NCBI GenBank assembly: GCA_040389865.1
Contig: JAZJZM010000019.1
Coordinates: 17,423-81,422, forward strand
Length of the DNA stretch: 64,000 bases
Direction: 5' to 3'
DNA from: Bacteroidota bacterium
GTDB lineage: Bacteria > Bacteroidota > Bacteroidia > 2-12-FULL-35-15
Numbering within the stretch: the stretch's first letter is position 1; every line of letters starts with the position of its first letter. Both the position numbers and the translations under genes were made by a program. The notes beneath the pieces are model-generated. The model had not been told where the DNA came from, ran no database searches, and saw nothing but the letters and a program-made list of their open reading frames with translations. Below are positions 21,743 to 30,881 of this stretch, one piece after another.

Positions 21743-22291
21743 ATGATGAAAATATTTTTAATTAGTAGTTTAATAGCCACTTTTTTCTTTGTCAATAATG
21801 ACAAAAATATTTTGAAATTGACAAGCTCCCAATCAGGTGCACATAAAATAGGTGAACGTTTTGGCGGGGGAGTTATTTTTTATGTTGATAGCACAGGGCA
21901 ACATGGTCTAATAGCTGCAACAGCGGATCAAAAAAAAGCGAAATGGTATAATGGAAATTACGTAGTAACCAATGCAACAGGAGTTGCAGTAGGCACAGGA
22001 CAGGCAAATACAACCGCAATTATAGCAGCGCAAGGGGCTGGTGATTACGCTGCAAGTGTTTGTGATAAATTGGAGCTTAATGGTTTTGACGATTGGTTCT
22101 TACCTTCAAAAGCAGAGCTTAGTTTATTACGCACCAGTAAAACTGCAGTTGGTGGTTTTGCCAATCCTTTCTATTGGAGTTCTACTGAATACAGTTCTCA
22201 TTACTCATGGGCCCAGAATTTTAATAATGGCCGTCAGGATTATGGGAATAAAAATTCTACGCCTTCAATACGTGCGGTGAGAGCGTTTTAG
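21743..22291 (+). CDS. DUF1566 (Lcl C-terminal-like) domain protein
   Basis: 'FDDWFLPSKAELSLL....FYWSSTEYSS.YSWAQNF.NG.Q....K.S..SIRAVRAF' fits the DUF1566 consensus. Signal/TM N-terminus. Confidence 0.6.
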   Translation: MMKIFLISSLIATFFFVNNDKNILKLTSSQSGAHKIGERFGGGVIFYVDSTGQHGLIAATADQKKAKWYNGNYVVTNATGVAVGTGQANTTAIIAAQGAGDYAASVCDKLELNGFDDWFLPSKAELSLLRTSKTAVGGFANPFYWSSTEYSSHYSWAQNFNNGRQDYGNKNSTPSIRAVRAF

Positions 22292-22498
22292 ATTAAAAAA
22301 TAAAAACACCAGAATTATAAAATTGGAAATAGGCTTTATTTTTCCAGCACAAAAAAGAGGACGCAAAAAATCCAGGAATGGCAATTTAAAAACAGTTGAA
22401 TTGGAATGAACCTTGTGTTTTTTTCATTTTGAGTTTGTCCATACAAAATGCGATCGTCCTGTTTGTGAATAAAGAATAAAGTCATAATTATACTCTTT

Positions 22499-23194
22499 AT
22501 GAAAAACAAAATTGTTCCCTTCTGTTTCATTTTTTTATTTCTTTCTTGTTCTCATGATCCAAGCAATAATGAATCGACAAAAGCCGCTGATTCAATTGGT
22601 GTTGATGTTCATCAGGTAAAAAAAATGAAGGAGTATAAAGGTGTTTATCATCCGGGGCAGTTTAAAAATGCTGAGGATTCCGAACTTTATACCTTCTCGG
22701 ATAGTGTTCAAAAAAAATTGGATAGCTTATACAGCCACCTCCTGCCTGCCCCTTACCCTAACCAAACTGTTTTTATGCATTTTAAAGGTGTGGCTGATTC
22801 TTTTCCAACAAACACTGATTTTAGGACATCTATCACGGAACTTATAGTAATGGAATTAAAAAATGCTTTCAGTGCAGGTATTGCCTATGATTATTGGTGT
22901 ATGGGGAATGAACCTTTTTGGCAAGTACAAATTTCAGAAAACGAAAATCTGATCGACTTTTATGATCCGATGATTCCAAAGTTCTATCACTTTGTTTTTT
23001 CAAAAGCAGAAATTAAAGGGAATCAAAAAGTATATACAGCTGAAGGAAGTGGCAACAAAATAAAAATAACGATTGTTAATGAAATATGTAGCGATGGTAT
23101 GAGTGAACGTATTTATAAAAACAGGTCGGAAGTGGTTTTAAATGGCAAAACATACAAAGGGTGTGCGGTGGCTTATGGTGATGGGTTGCATTAG
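22499..23194 (+). CDS. Hypothetical lipoprotein (231 aa)
   Basis: Lipobox 'FLFLSC'; no recognisable domain. Confidence 0.5.
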   Translation: MKNKIVPFCFIFLFLSCSHDPSNNESTKAADSIGVDVHQVKKMKEYKGVYHPGQFKNAEDSELYTFSDSVQKKLDSLYSHLLPAPYPNQTVFMHFKGVADSFPTNTDFRTSITELIVMELKNAFSAGIAYDYWCMGNEPFWQVQISENENLIDFYDPMIPKFYHFVFSKAEIKGNQKVYTAEGSGNKIKITIVNEICSDGMSERIYKNRSEVVLNGKTYKGCAVAYGDGLH

Positions 23195-23290
23195 AGTAAT
23201 TGATCCGATACGTAAGTTTGCCAAACATAGATTCGCAATTAGATGGATCTTTAATTGGGTAAATTCGCAAAAAAATTGTTATTCGCAAAC

Positions 23291-24199
23291 ATGAAACTAC
23301 ACGTAATAAATACAGGGAATTTTAAATTAGATGGTGGGGCTATGTTTGGCGTTGTTCCAAAAATGCTTTGGAACAAAACAAATCCGGCTGATCAAAACAA
23401 TATGTGCGATTGGACAATGCGTTGTTTATTAATTGAAGAAGGGAACCGCCTTACTTTAATTGACAATGGTATTGGCAACAAACAAGATGCTAAATTTTAC
23501 AGTCATTTTTTTTTGAACGGAGACGATACGCTTGAAAAGTCTCTGAATTTGGCTGGTTTCAGCAATGATGATGTTACAGATATGTTTTTAACGCATTTAC
23601 ATTTTGATCATTGCGGAGGGGGAATAAAATTCAATGAAGATAATACCGCTTTAGAAACAGTGTTTAAAAACGCAACTTATTGGAGTAATGCTGAACATTG
23701 GGAATGGGCAGTTAAGCCAAATGCACGCGAGAAACCAAGTTTTTTAAGAGAAAATATTTTGCCGATGGAGGAGAGTGGGCAATTGAAATTTATAGAGAAT
23801 GTAAGTGCTGAAGGGCAAAAGAAAACGCTACACGATAATAATGGACTTGAATTTTATACCGGTAAACAATTAGGAGATAATGTTTCCATTATGCTTACGC
23901 GTGGTCACACCGATGCAATGATGATCCCTCATATTAAATATAAAGGGAAAACAGTTGTGTTTATGGCCGATCTTTTAGCATCAACCGGGCATATTCCATT
24001 ACCTTATGTTATGGGGTATGATACCAGACCTTTATTAACACTTACCGAAAAAGAAAAATTTATGTCCCTTGCCGCTGATGAAGAATTCATCTTGTTTTTT
24101 GAACATGATTTTGCAAATGAATGTTGTACCGTTCAAAAAACTGAAAAAGGAATACGGTTGAAAGAAACGTTTACACTGAAAGAATATTTTGGTGATTAA
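23291..24199 (+). CDS. MBL-fold metallo-hydrolase
   Basis: Zn-binding 'THLHFDHCGG' (HxHxDH). The ATG at 23291 ('MKLHVINTG') is the likely start; the ORF track extends to an upstream ATG at 23255. Confidence 0.8.
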   Translation: MKLHVINTGNFKLDGGAMFGVVPKMLWNKTNPADQNNMCDWTMRCLLIEEGNRLTLIDNGIGNKQDAKFYSHFFLNGDDTLEKSLNLAGFSNDDVTDMFLTHLHFDHCGGGIKFNEDNTALETVFKNATYWSNAEHWEWAVKPNAREKPSFLRENILPMEESGQLKFIENVSAEGQKKTLHDNNGLEFYTGKQLGDNVSIMLTRGHTDAMMIPHIKYKGKTVVFMADLLASTGHIPLPYVMGYDTRPLLTLTEKEKFMSLAADEEFILFFEHDFANECCTVQKTEKGIRLKETFTLKEYFGD

Positions 24200-24221
24200 A
24201 AATATGAATATAAAAATTGAA

Positions 24222-24257
24222 AGCCCTTGATAAGCATATTATCAAGGGCTTTTTTTA
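24222..24257 (+). terminator. Rho-independent terminator (12-bp stem + T7)
   Basis: 'agcccttgataa' - gcata - 'ttatcaagggct' followed by 'ttttttt'. Confidence 0.8.
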
Positions 24258-24396
24258 TTCAAACCGGTTTGCCTTTTATTTCTATCTCCTCAGGATAAAT
24301 CACAATTGAAAGTTAAGGCACTTGCGATGATTTTAATCAACGTTTTTGATGATGCAATACATTTTTAAAACTTGATATTATATAGACTTTAGCGGA

Positions 24397-25176
24397 ATGA
24401 ATTATTTGATTGTTCCAAATACGTGGAAAGTTTTTTTGAATGAGACGGGCGATATGTTCCGTTTTACAGGCCGATTTTTTAAAGAAGTTTTTAACCCGCC
24501 TTATGAGTTTCGTGAACTGCTGAAACAATGTTTTTATATTGGCTACAAATCACTTGCCTTGGTGGGGATCACGGCATTTATTATGGGCCTGGTTATCACT
24601 ATTCAATCGCGGCCCACACTTGTTGAATTTGGTGCGGAAGCATGGCTTCCAAAAATGGTATCGGTATCACTTGTGAGGGAAATTGCTCCAGTGATCACTG
24701 CACTGATCTGTGCGGGAAAAATCGGCTCCAGTATTGGAGCAGAGCTTGGATCCATGAAGGTTACAGAGCAGATTGATGCAATGGAAGTTTCGGGAACTAA
24801 TCCTTTTAAATATTTAGTTATTACAAGAGTAATGGCAACTAGCTTGATGATCCCGGTGCTTGCCGTTTTTGCGGATGCTATTTCGCTATACGGAGGGTAT
24901 TTAGGCACAAACATACGTGGTGTAGTGAGTTGGGACCTTTACTGGAGCCAGGTTTTTCAAACCTTGGCATATAGTGATATTTTACCTTCGGTTTTTAAAA
25001 CATTTTTCTTTGGATTTGCTATTGGAATAATAGGCTGTTATAAAGGATATCACTCCCAAAAAGGAACAGAAGGGGTAGGGCAGTCGGCAAACTCCGCAGT
25101 TGTGATCTCATCACTTCTTGTTTTTATACTTGATTTGATTGCCGTTCAGATCATTGATATTTTAAATTTTACCTGA
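24397..25176 (+). CDS. mlaE: MlaE-family ABC transporter permease
   Basis: Multi-TM protein with an MlaE/YrbE-type central motif ('VSLVREIAPVITALICAGKIGSSIGAELGSMKVTEQIDAMEVSG'). Confidence 0.8.
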   Translation: MNYLIVPNTWKVFLNETGDMFRFTGRFFKEVFNPPYEFRELLKQCFYIGYKSLALVGITAFIMGLVITIQSRPTLVEFGAEAWLPKMVSVSLVREIAPVITALICAGKIGSSIGAELGSMKVTEQIDAMEVSGTNPFKYLVITRVMATSLMIPVLAVFADAISLYGGYLGTNIRGVVSWDLYWSQVFQTLAYSDILPSVFKTFFFGFAIGIIGCYKGYHSQKGTEGVGQSANSAVVISSLLVFILDLIAVQIIDILNFT

Positions 25177-25177
25177 G

Positions 25178-25954
25178 ATGGTCAATTCCGAAGATCCTAA
25201 AATAATCAATAAAACAGAAGTCAGGGATGTTCCTGTTATTCAAATCAGGAACTTAAATAAGTCTTTTGGGGATAATCATGTGTTGCGAAATTTTAATATT
25301 GATCTATACAAAGGCGAGAATCTTGCCGTAGTTGGTAAATCGGGCTCAGGTAAATCGGTGCTGATCAAATGTATCATTGGGTTGATGAAGCCGGATTCAG
25401 GAACCATTTTTATGTTTGAAAAAAATATTCCTGATCTGAATAATGCAGGGCTGGATCGGATCAGGGCAAAAGCAGGATTTCTTTTTCAAAGTAATGCACT
25501 CTATGATTCAATGACGGTGAGAGAAAATCTTGAATTCCCATTGAGAAGGCATCGTGCAGGTGTTCAGACAGAAAAAGTGAATGATCTGGTGATGGAAGCA
25601 TTAACAAATGTTGGTCTTTCAGAAACAGTAAATATGATGCCTGCAGAACTTTCAGGTGGAATGAGAAAACGTATAGCCCTCGCACGAACATTGATCCTTA
25701 GGCCTAAAATTATTTTTTATGATGAACCAACAACCGGACTAGACCCGATTACCGGAAAAGAAATTAGTAACCTGATATTGAAAGTTCAAAAATTATATCA
25801 AACATCATCTGTCATTATTTCTCACGATATGAGTTGTATAAAAATAACTTCGAATCGTGTTGTACTATTAATAGATGGGACTTGTTACGCAGAGGGAACA
25901 TATGAGAAACTAAAAAAGTCTGAGGATAAAAAGATTAATCAATTTTTCGAATAA
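25178..25954 (+). CDS. mlaF: MlaF-like ABC transporter ATP-binding protein
   Basis: Walker A 'GKSGSGKS', signature 'LSGGMRKRIALART', Walker B 'IFYDEPTTGLD'. It starts 2 nt after the mlaE stop. Confidence 0.85.
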   Translation: MVNSEDPKIINKTEVRDVPVIQIRNLNKSFGDNHVLRNFNIDLYKGENLAVVGKSGSGKSVLIKCIIGLMKPDSGTIFMFEKNIPDLNNAGLDRIRAKAGFLFQSNALYDSMTVRENLEFPLRRHRAGVQTEKVNDLVMEALTNVGLSETVNMMPAELSGGMRKRIALARTLILRPKIIFYDEPTTGLDPITGKEISNLILKVQKLYQTSSVIISHDMSCIKITSNRVVLLIDGTCYAEGTYEKLKKSEDKKINQFFE

Positions 25955-25957
25955 AAA

Positions 25958-26923
25958 ATGGAAAAAGACATATTGAAAAACATAAGGTTAGGGGTTTTTG
26001 TATTAGTTGGTGCCATTTTATTGATCATTGCGCTCTATGTAGTAGGTAATAAGCGAAATCTTTTTGGCAAAACATTTAGTATCAGTGCGAAATTTTATAA
26101 TGTGAATGGACTAATGAAAGGAAATAATGTTCGTTTTGCCGGAATAGATGTTGGTACTGTGGATCATGTGGAAATTGTGAATGATTCTTCAGTAAATGTA
26201 ATTATGATCATTGAAAAGGACCTTCAAAAATTTATAAAAAAAAATGCCTTAGCAAGTGTGGGAACTGATGGTTTGATGGGGAATAAACTTGTAAATATTA
26301 ATGTAGTAGATGAATTAGCGCCCGTTATTGAGGATGGAGATGAGTTGCGAACCCTACGTTCTATCGAAACAGATGAAATGACACGTACATTGAATGTAAC
26401 AAATGAAAACATTAAAGTGATCAGTGCAAATGTTCGAAATATTACGGATAAATTGAGTAGTAAGAATAGTTTGCTTACAATTTTGATGGATACTGTGGTT
26501 GCGGGAAATATAAAAACTGCGATCATAAATATAAAGGAGGTAGGGGGGCAAGCTGTTGCTGTTACCAAAAATTTCGAACAAATTACAAAAAAGATAAGGG
26601 ATGGGAAAGGTACTATTGGTGCTTTGATCACTGACAGTTCTCTTTTTTTAAATATAAATCATGTTGTGAATCAATTACAAAAAGTTAGTGATACTGCCGG
26701 AGTTGTTGCTGGTGATGTTTCATCCATTATAGGAAAAATAAAAGAAGGTGATGGTTCTGTTGGGAATTTATTGACCGATACCACATTCGTTCACAATCTT
26801 AACCAAAGTGTAAAAAGCATAAATAGTGCAGCAAAAGGTTTTGATGAAAACATGGAAGCGCTTAAGCATACTATTTTGTTAAGGAGATATTATAAGAAAC
26901 AAGATAAACAGAAATCTAATTAA
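25958..26923 (+). CDS. mlaD: MlaD/MCE-domain protein
   Basis: N-terminal TM followed by an MCE domain ('NGLMKGNNVRFAGIDVGTVDHVEI'). It is the third gene of the putative mlaEFD operon. Confidence 0.75.
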   Translation: MEKDILKNIRLGVFVLVGAILLIIALYVVGNKRNLFGKTFSISAKFYNVNGLMKGNNVRFAGIDVGTVDHVEIVNDSSVNVIMIIEKDLQKFIKKNALASVGTDGLMGNKLVNINVVDELAPVIEDGDELRTLRSIETDEMTRTLNVTNENIKVISANVRNITDKLSSKNSLLTILMDTVVAGNIKTAIINIKEVGGQAVAVTKNFEQITKKIRDGKGTIGALITDSSLFLNINHVVNQLQKVSDTAGVVAGDVSSIIGKIKEGDGSVGNLLTDTTFVHNLNQSVKSINSAAKGFDENMEALKHTILLRRYYKKQDKQKSN

Positions 26924-27126
26924 TTTTTTTCATTGATTACATTTTTATGCTAAATGCTCCAGCGCTCAAGAGACAAAAAAAACTTTTAGAAAGATTTTGA
27001 CAAACAATTAAATGATCAGGTGATAAAAATCAAAAAATAGGTTGATTCGAATCATTGAACAAACAGGATTCTGAAAATACATTTGTGTACAATTAAATTG
27101 ATAATAAATTCTTAAAATTTTAAAAA

Positions 27127-27588
27127 ATGACACTAGTATTAAAAAGAAATGGAAACTTGTTTCCAAGAGTAGTAAATGATTTAATGGAAAGCGGAACTGT
27201 ATTCAGTCCTGATCTTCTTGATTTTAATAATAATTTAATGAACTGGGATTTCTCTTCAAAAGTACCATCAGTAAATATTACGGAGACTGAAAAGGAATAC
27301 AAAATTGAATTGGCTGCTCCGGGGCTAGAAAAAAAAGATTTCAAAATTGAAGTAGAAAATAAAGTTTTAATCATTAGTTCTGAAAAGGAGGAAGAAAAAA
27401 AAGAAGAGGATAAAAATTATAAGAGAAGAGAATTCTCTTACAGTAGCTTTTCTCGTTCATTCCAATTGCCTGAAGATATACTTTCGGATAAAATTGACGC
27501 AAAGTATGAAAATGGAATTTTGAAATTATCAGTTCCTAAGAAAGAGGTATCTGTATCAAAACAAAAAAAAGAAATAAAAATTTCTTAA
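27127..27588 (+). CDS. Hsp20/alpha-crystallin small heat-shock protein
   Basis: 'PSVNITETEKEYKIELAAPGLEKKDFKIEVENKVLIISSEK...FSYSSFSRSFQLPEDI..DKIDAKYENGILKLSVPKKE' is a canonical ACD core. Confidence 0.85.
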   Translation: MTLVLKRNGNLFPRVVNDLMESGTVFSPDLLDFNNNLMNWDFSSKVPSVNITETEKEYKIELAAPGLEKKDFKIEVENKVLIISSEKEEEKKEEDKNYKRREFSYSSFSRSFQLPEDILSDKIDAKYENGILKLSVPKKEVSVSKQKKEIKIS

Positions 27589-27608
27589 AAAAGTATTGTA
27601 AAAAAGAT

Positions 27609-27639
27609 CGCCCCTTAAGCGGGGCGCACTTTTTTGTTT
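27609..27639 (+). terminator. Probable rho-independent terminator after hsp20
   Basis: GC stem 'cgcccc'/'ggggcg' followed by 'cacttttttgttt'. Confidence 0.5.
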
Positions 27640-27736
27640 AATGGCTTTTGAAAAAAAGCATTAAAAATAACACCGTGTTAATTCATAAATGAAGATAAAA
27701 TAACTGCCATATTAAGACTTAATAATAAACCTGTAT

Positions 27737-28819
27737 ATGAAAGAAGTATCCGTTTTAAGTGAGCCCCAAATAGCTCCTTCTGTATCGTTGATTATTCCCA
27801 CAGACAAAAGATATCCTCAATATAGGATTGATGAAGGCCGGGTCAAAGCATTAGTAAAAAGAGCAGAAAATGAATTGTTAGATGAGTTTTCTGAAAAAAA
27901 AACTATGGTTATAATCAACAAACTTCGTAAACTTATTTCTACTATTGACCATAAGCAATTATCAAAGGCTCTGGCAGTATTTGTTTCTTTAGAAAAAGAA
28001 AAAATGATCTATTTGCCTTTTCATGTTCAGGAAAAACTTATTATAGATTCATCTTTTGAAATAAGAGACTTGTTATATTCCACGAAAAACAGTTATGGTT
28101 ATTTAGTGTTAGTAATTGCCAGTCATCACGCAAAAGTTTATCGTGGTTACAATAATAAATTAGTTGAAATTGATTTAAGCAACATGCCTTTAAACGTAGA
28201 AGAGGTTAAAAGGGATCTACCTTCGAAGGTTGCTAATTTTTCAACTGCTGATGCCGTTAAGGAAATTAATCTTGAAAAATACCTGAAAAAGATTGATGAT
28301 GCTTTAACCGTGAAGCTTAATGAAATGGAATCTCCTGTAATTGTATGTGGAGTTCAAAAAACTTTAGGTCATTTTAAGAAGCTAACAAAAAACAGTAAAA
28401 AAGTAGTCGCCTTTGTGGAAGGGAGCTATGAAAAATCTTCCCCGAAAGAATTATATAAGGCGATTGAACCCGCTATTGCAAGTTGGCGTGAGTTGGATCA
28501 GCAAAATTCACTTAATAAGTTAGAAGACGCTGTAAATAGAAAGGAATTTGTGTATGGAATAGAGAATGTTTGGCGTGCGGCAATGGAAAAAAAAGGACGG
28601 TTATTAATTGTTGAGAAAGATTTTGTTAGTACTGCAAAAATTGGGAAGGATGAATATACTTTGAACACTACTGTATTTGATAAGAACGATCCAAAGGTAT
28701 TCCCTGATGTTGTGGATGATTTAATTGAACTGGTATTGAAAAATGATGGTGATATTGCCTTCGTTGAAAGTGGTAGATTAGAGAAATACAAAGGCATTGG
28801 ATTAATTACCCGTTACTAA
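27737..28819 (+). CDS. eRF1/Pelota-fold protein lacking the GGQ motif (bacterial eRF1-like; putative ribosome-rescue or hibernation factor)
   Basis: Segments resemble eRF1 domain 2 ('SYGYLVLVIASHHAKVYRGYNNKLVEI', 'RDLPSKVANFSTAD', 'SPVIVCGVQKTLGHFKKL') and domain 3 ('FVYGIENVWRAAMEKKGRLLIVEKDF'). The GGQ position is occupied by NFS/FST. Confidence 0.55.
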   Translation: MKEVSVLSEPQIAPSVSLIIPTDKRYPQYRIDEGRVKALVKRAENELLDEFSEKKTMVIINKLRKLISTIDHKQLSKALAVFVSLEKEKMIYLPFHVQEKLIIDSSFEIRDLLYSTKNSYGYLVLVIASHHAKVYRGYNNKLVEIDLSNMPLNVEEVKRDLPSKVANFSTADAVKEINLEKYLKKIDDALTVKLNEMESPVIVCGVQKTLGHFKKLTKNSKKVVAFVEGSYEKSSPKELYKAIEPAIASWRELDQQNSLNKLEDAVNRKEFVYGIENVWRAAMEKKGRLLIVEKDFVSTAKIGKDEYTLNTTVFDKNDPKVFPDVVDDLIELVLKNDGDIAFVESGRLEKYKGIGLITRY

Positions 28820-28988
28820 GAAAGTGGTAGCATATTCAAATAAAAAACTATATGAATATGCGCATTTTGAATGAGTAAAGAAAAATGCAATAGCTTTCAT
28901 GAGTTATTTTAAACTTTGAAATGAAATTTTATTTGGCTCTTGATCTTTAGTGGATTTTATTTTCCAACCGTATTTTTGAAAAGCTGAT

Positions 28989-29180
28989 ATGAATAATAAT
29001 AAATTTTATTTGTTAATTATTTTTATACTTCTTGGAATTGTTGCATTTCTTGGTGTTCTTTTGTTTATGGGTGATTTAGGGAAGTACTGTGTGCCTATTT
29101 CTAAAGAGATGCATCGTCTTCCTGTAAATACTTTGAGTAAAGATTCATTAAAAATTGTTGATTCATTGACTAAGGAGTAA
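28989..29180 (+). CDS. Small hypothetical membrane protein (63 aa)
   Basis: An ORF in an otherwise empty gap. One TM segment 'LLIIFILLGIVAFLGVLLFM'. Confidence 0.3.
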   Translation: MNNNKFYLLIIFILLGIVAFLGVLLFMGDLGKYCVPISKEMHRLPVNTLSKDSLKIVDSLTKE

Positions 29181-29240
29181 TATTCTGTTCATTTTTTGTA
29201 ATGTTGAAGGTTCTTTAAAAGGAGCTTCAACATTATAGAT

Positions 29241-29666
29241 TTGTATTCATTTGAATTATTCGCAATTATGAACGCAAAACTTATTTTATTCGGATTACTT
29301 CTCTCGGGAATTGTCATATTGTATTCAGTTAATGTATACCAAAGTACTACAGGTCCACACGGAGGAGAATTAGAACCAGCTGAAAATTTCAACATTGAAT
29401 TAAAGGAAGCATTTCCTAATCTGCAGTGTTACCTTCTTGATCAAAAGCTATTACCAATTAGCAACAAAGGGGTATTATGCGAAATACGGTTCTTCTTACC
29501 AAATGAGACCAGCGTTGACCTTAATTTAAAACCATTTGAGGATGATGGATTTATTCTGGAGTCAAATACGATAGTGTATAATTCGTGCCGGGTAACTTTT
29601 AATATGTCCGGAAAATCTGTTTCAGCAAAATTTAGCAAAGAAAATCTTATTGTTCATGATAAGTAG
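29241..29666 (+). CDS. Hypothetical membrane-anchored protein (141 aa)
   Basis: N-terminal TM 'LILFGLLLSGIVILYSV'; no recognisable domain. Confidence 0.35.
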   Translation: MYSFELFAIMNAKLILFGLLLSGIVILYSVNVYQSTTGPHGGELEPAENFNIELKEAFPNLQCYLLDQKLLPISNKGVLCEIRFFLPNETSVDLNLKPFEDDGFILESNTIVYNSCRVTFNMSGKSVSAKFSKENLIVHDK

Positions 29667-29743
29667 TAGGTAATTTATGATGTTAAGTTTAAAGAAAACG
29701 AATCGAAAAATAGTTGATGGATTTTAATTTAATAAAAGAACAT

Positions 29744-30385
29744 ATGTTTAAAGATAGATATGATGCAGCGATGGAACTTGCGTTAGAACTGGAAAAATAT
29801 AAAGGTAATGACGGAATCGTTTTGGCTATTCCTCGTGGCGGAGTACCAATAGGTTATGTAGTTGCAAAGGATCTTGGATTTCCGTTGGAAATCATTCTTT
29901 CAAAAAAAATTGGGCATCCTTCTAATCCTGAATATGCTATTGGTTCAGTTTCATTAGATGGAATTGTAATTAATGATGATGTATCCGATGTTTCAACTGA
30001 GTATATTTATAAAATAGCCGATAAAATCCTTCAGGACCTGAAAACTAAGTTTAAATACTATATGGGCGATCGGGAACCAACGAATTTAAAAAATAAAACC
30101 GTGATTATTGTTGATGATGGAATTGCAACGGGTAGCACTATTATTGCTACTATTAATTCGGCCAGGAAAATGAATCCCAAAGAAATTATTGTTGCAGCAC
30201 CGGTTGCCTCGCCACTATCGATCCAAAAAATAGAAAGTATTTCGGATGAAATTATTATTCTTTTAGCGCCTCAGAATTTTATGGGTGTAGGGCAATTTTA
30301 TTATGATTTTTCACAAGTAGAAGATGAAGAAGTGATTTTGCTATTGAAAGAAGCAAACGCCAATGCGAAATTGGTCAAAACATAA
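29744..30385 (+). CDS. Predicted phosphoribosyltransferase (type I PRT fold)
   Basis: 'MFKDRYDAAMELA...IVLAIPRGGVPIGYVVAKDLGFPLEI' and the PRPP-binding 'VIIVDDGIATGSTIIAT'. ATG 29744 was chosen because it fits the family N-terminus; the ORF is open from 29714. Confidence 0.75.
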   Translation: MFKDRYDAAMELALELEKYKGNDGIVLAIPRGGVPIGYVVAKDLGFPLEIILSKKIGHPSNPEYAIGSVSLDGIVINDDVSDVSTEYIYKIADKILQDLKTKFKYYMGDREPTNLKNKTVIIVDDGIATGSTIIATINSARKMNPKEIIVAAPVASPLSIQKIESISDEIIILLAPQNFMGVGQFYYDFSQVEDEEVILLLKEANANAKLVKT

Positions 30386-30531
30386 TATTCTCAAGTGTCT
30401 CCTGGAGAAACAATCAGATAGCTTATCTTTTTTTATTTATTATCAACTCCCTTACAGTTGATAAGGTACCCTAAATGGTTTATTCGTGGGAGGCATGCGT
30501 TTTAGGTGTCGGGAAAATGTTAGGATTAGAG

Positions 30532-30852
30532 TTATTGGTAGCTTGCATCTGCTATTTCCATTTTTGATATCAATTCTGAAACTTTAGTATCGGAATATAC
30601 GCCATATGCATTAATTAATACACCTTTGATCTTGTTTTTGTCAGAGCTAATAGCGTACACTATTGAATTGTCTTCAGGGTCAGATATACCTTCGAACCGG
30701 TAAAATTCAACAATTTTAAATTCATTCGGATTAAAGTCGCACTGTTTTTCGGAGCAATAAAGTTTATCTTTTTGTTCCGTAAAATCATAAGTAAACCCCC
30801 TTTTTTTTAGATCATTTACTGCATCTAATAATGAATCATATTGGCGTTTCAT
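30532..30852 (-). CDS. Small conserved hypothetical protein (106 aa)
   Basis: The ORF ends 30 bp from the Usp gene stop. No domain was recognised. This small family is sometimes mislabelled as PRPP synthetase in Bacteroidota. Confidence 0.45.
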   Translation of the reverse strand: MKRQYDSLLDAVNDLKKRGFTYDFTEQKDKLYCSEKQCDFNPNEFKIVEFYRFEGISDPEDNSIVYAISSDKNKIKGVLINAYGVYSDTKVSELISKMEIADASYQ

Positions 30853-30881
30853 TTGTTATGTATTAGTTTGATATGTACTTA

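Noticed and set aside
22336-22530. 64-aa minus-strand ORF between the DUF1566 and lipoprotein genes; also 24337-24528 and 61443-61673
   Set aside because: They are short and Lys/Phe-rich as expected from AT-rich non-coding DNA. They overlap the probable promoter regions of the adjacent genes and show no motif support.
24603-24914. Antisense or internal ORFs inside well-supported genes (24603-24914, 25461-25691, 26224-26631, 26354-26581, 28498-28797, 31258-31593, 31963-32238, 33281-33685, 33705-34010, 35121-35423, 36149-36400, 37488-37772, 38391-38690, 38464-38664, 38961-39187, 39191-39412, 40420-40629, 41724-42044, 42509-42796, 42957-43139, 43203-43517, 44729-44980, 45453-45665, 46206-46424, 46688-46897, 47373-47756, 47958-48161, 48427-48678, 48867-49070, 51002-51391, 57544-57846, 58515-58823, 60212-60430, 60792-61028, 15195-15377, 15580-15807, 16529-16792, 17046-17237, 18733-18939, 19839-20027, 20224-20451, 22041-22280, 22641-22847, 23076-23288, 27120-27374, 29189-29395, 29441-29638, 140-400, 10241-10447, 10613-11108, 12618-13203)
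   Set aside because: Each lies within, and mostly antisense to, a longer ORF with clear domain content. None has recognisable motifs. They are AT-rich-genome chance ORFs.
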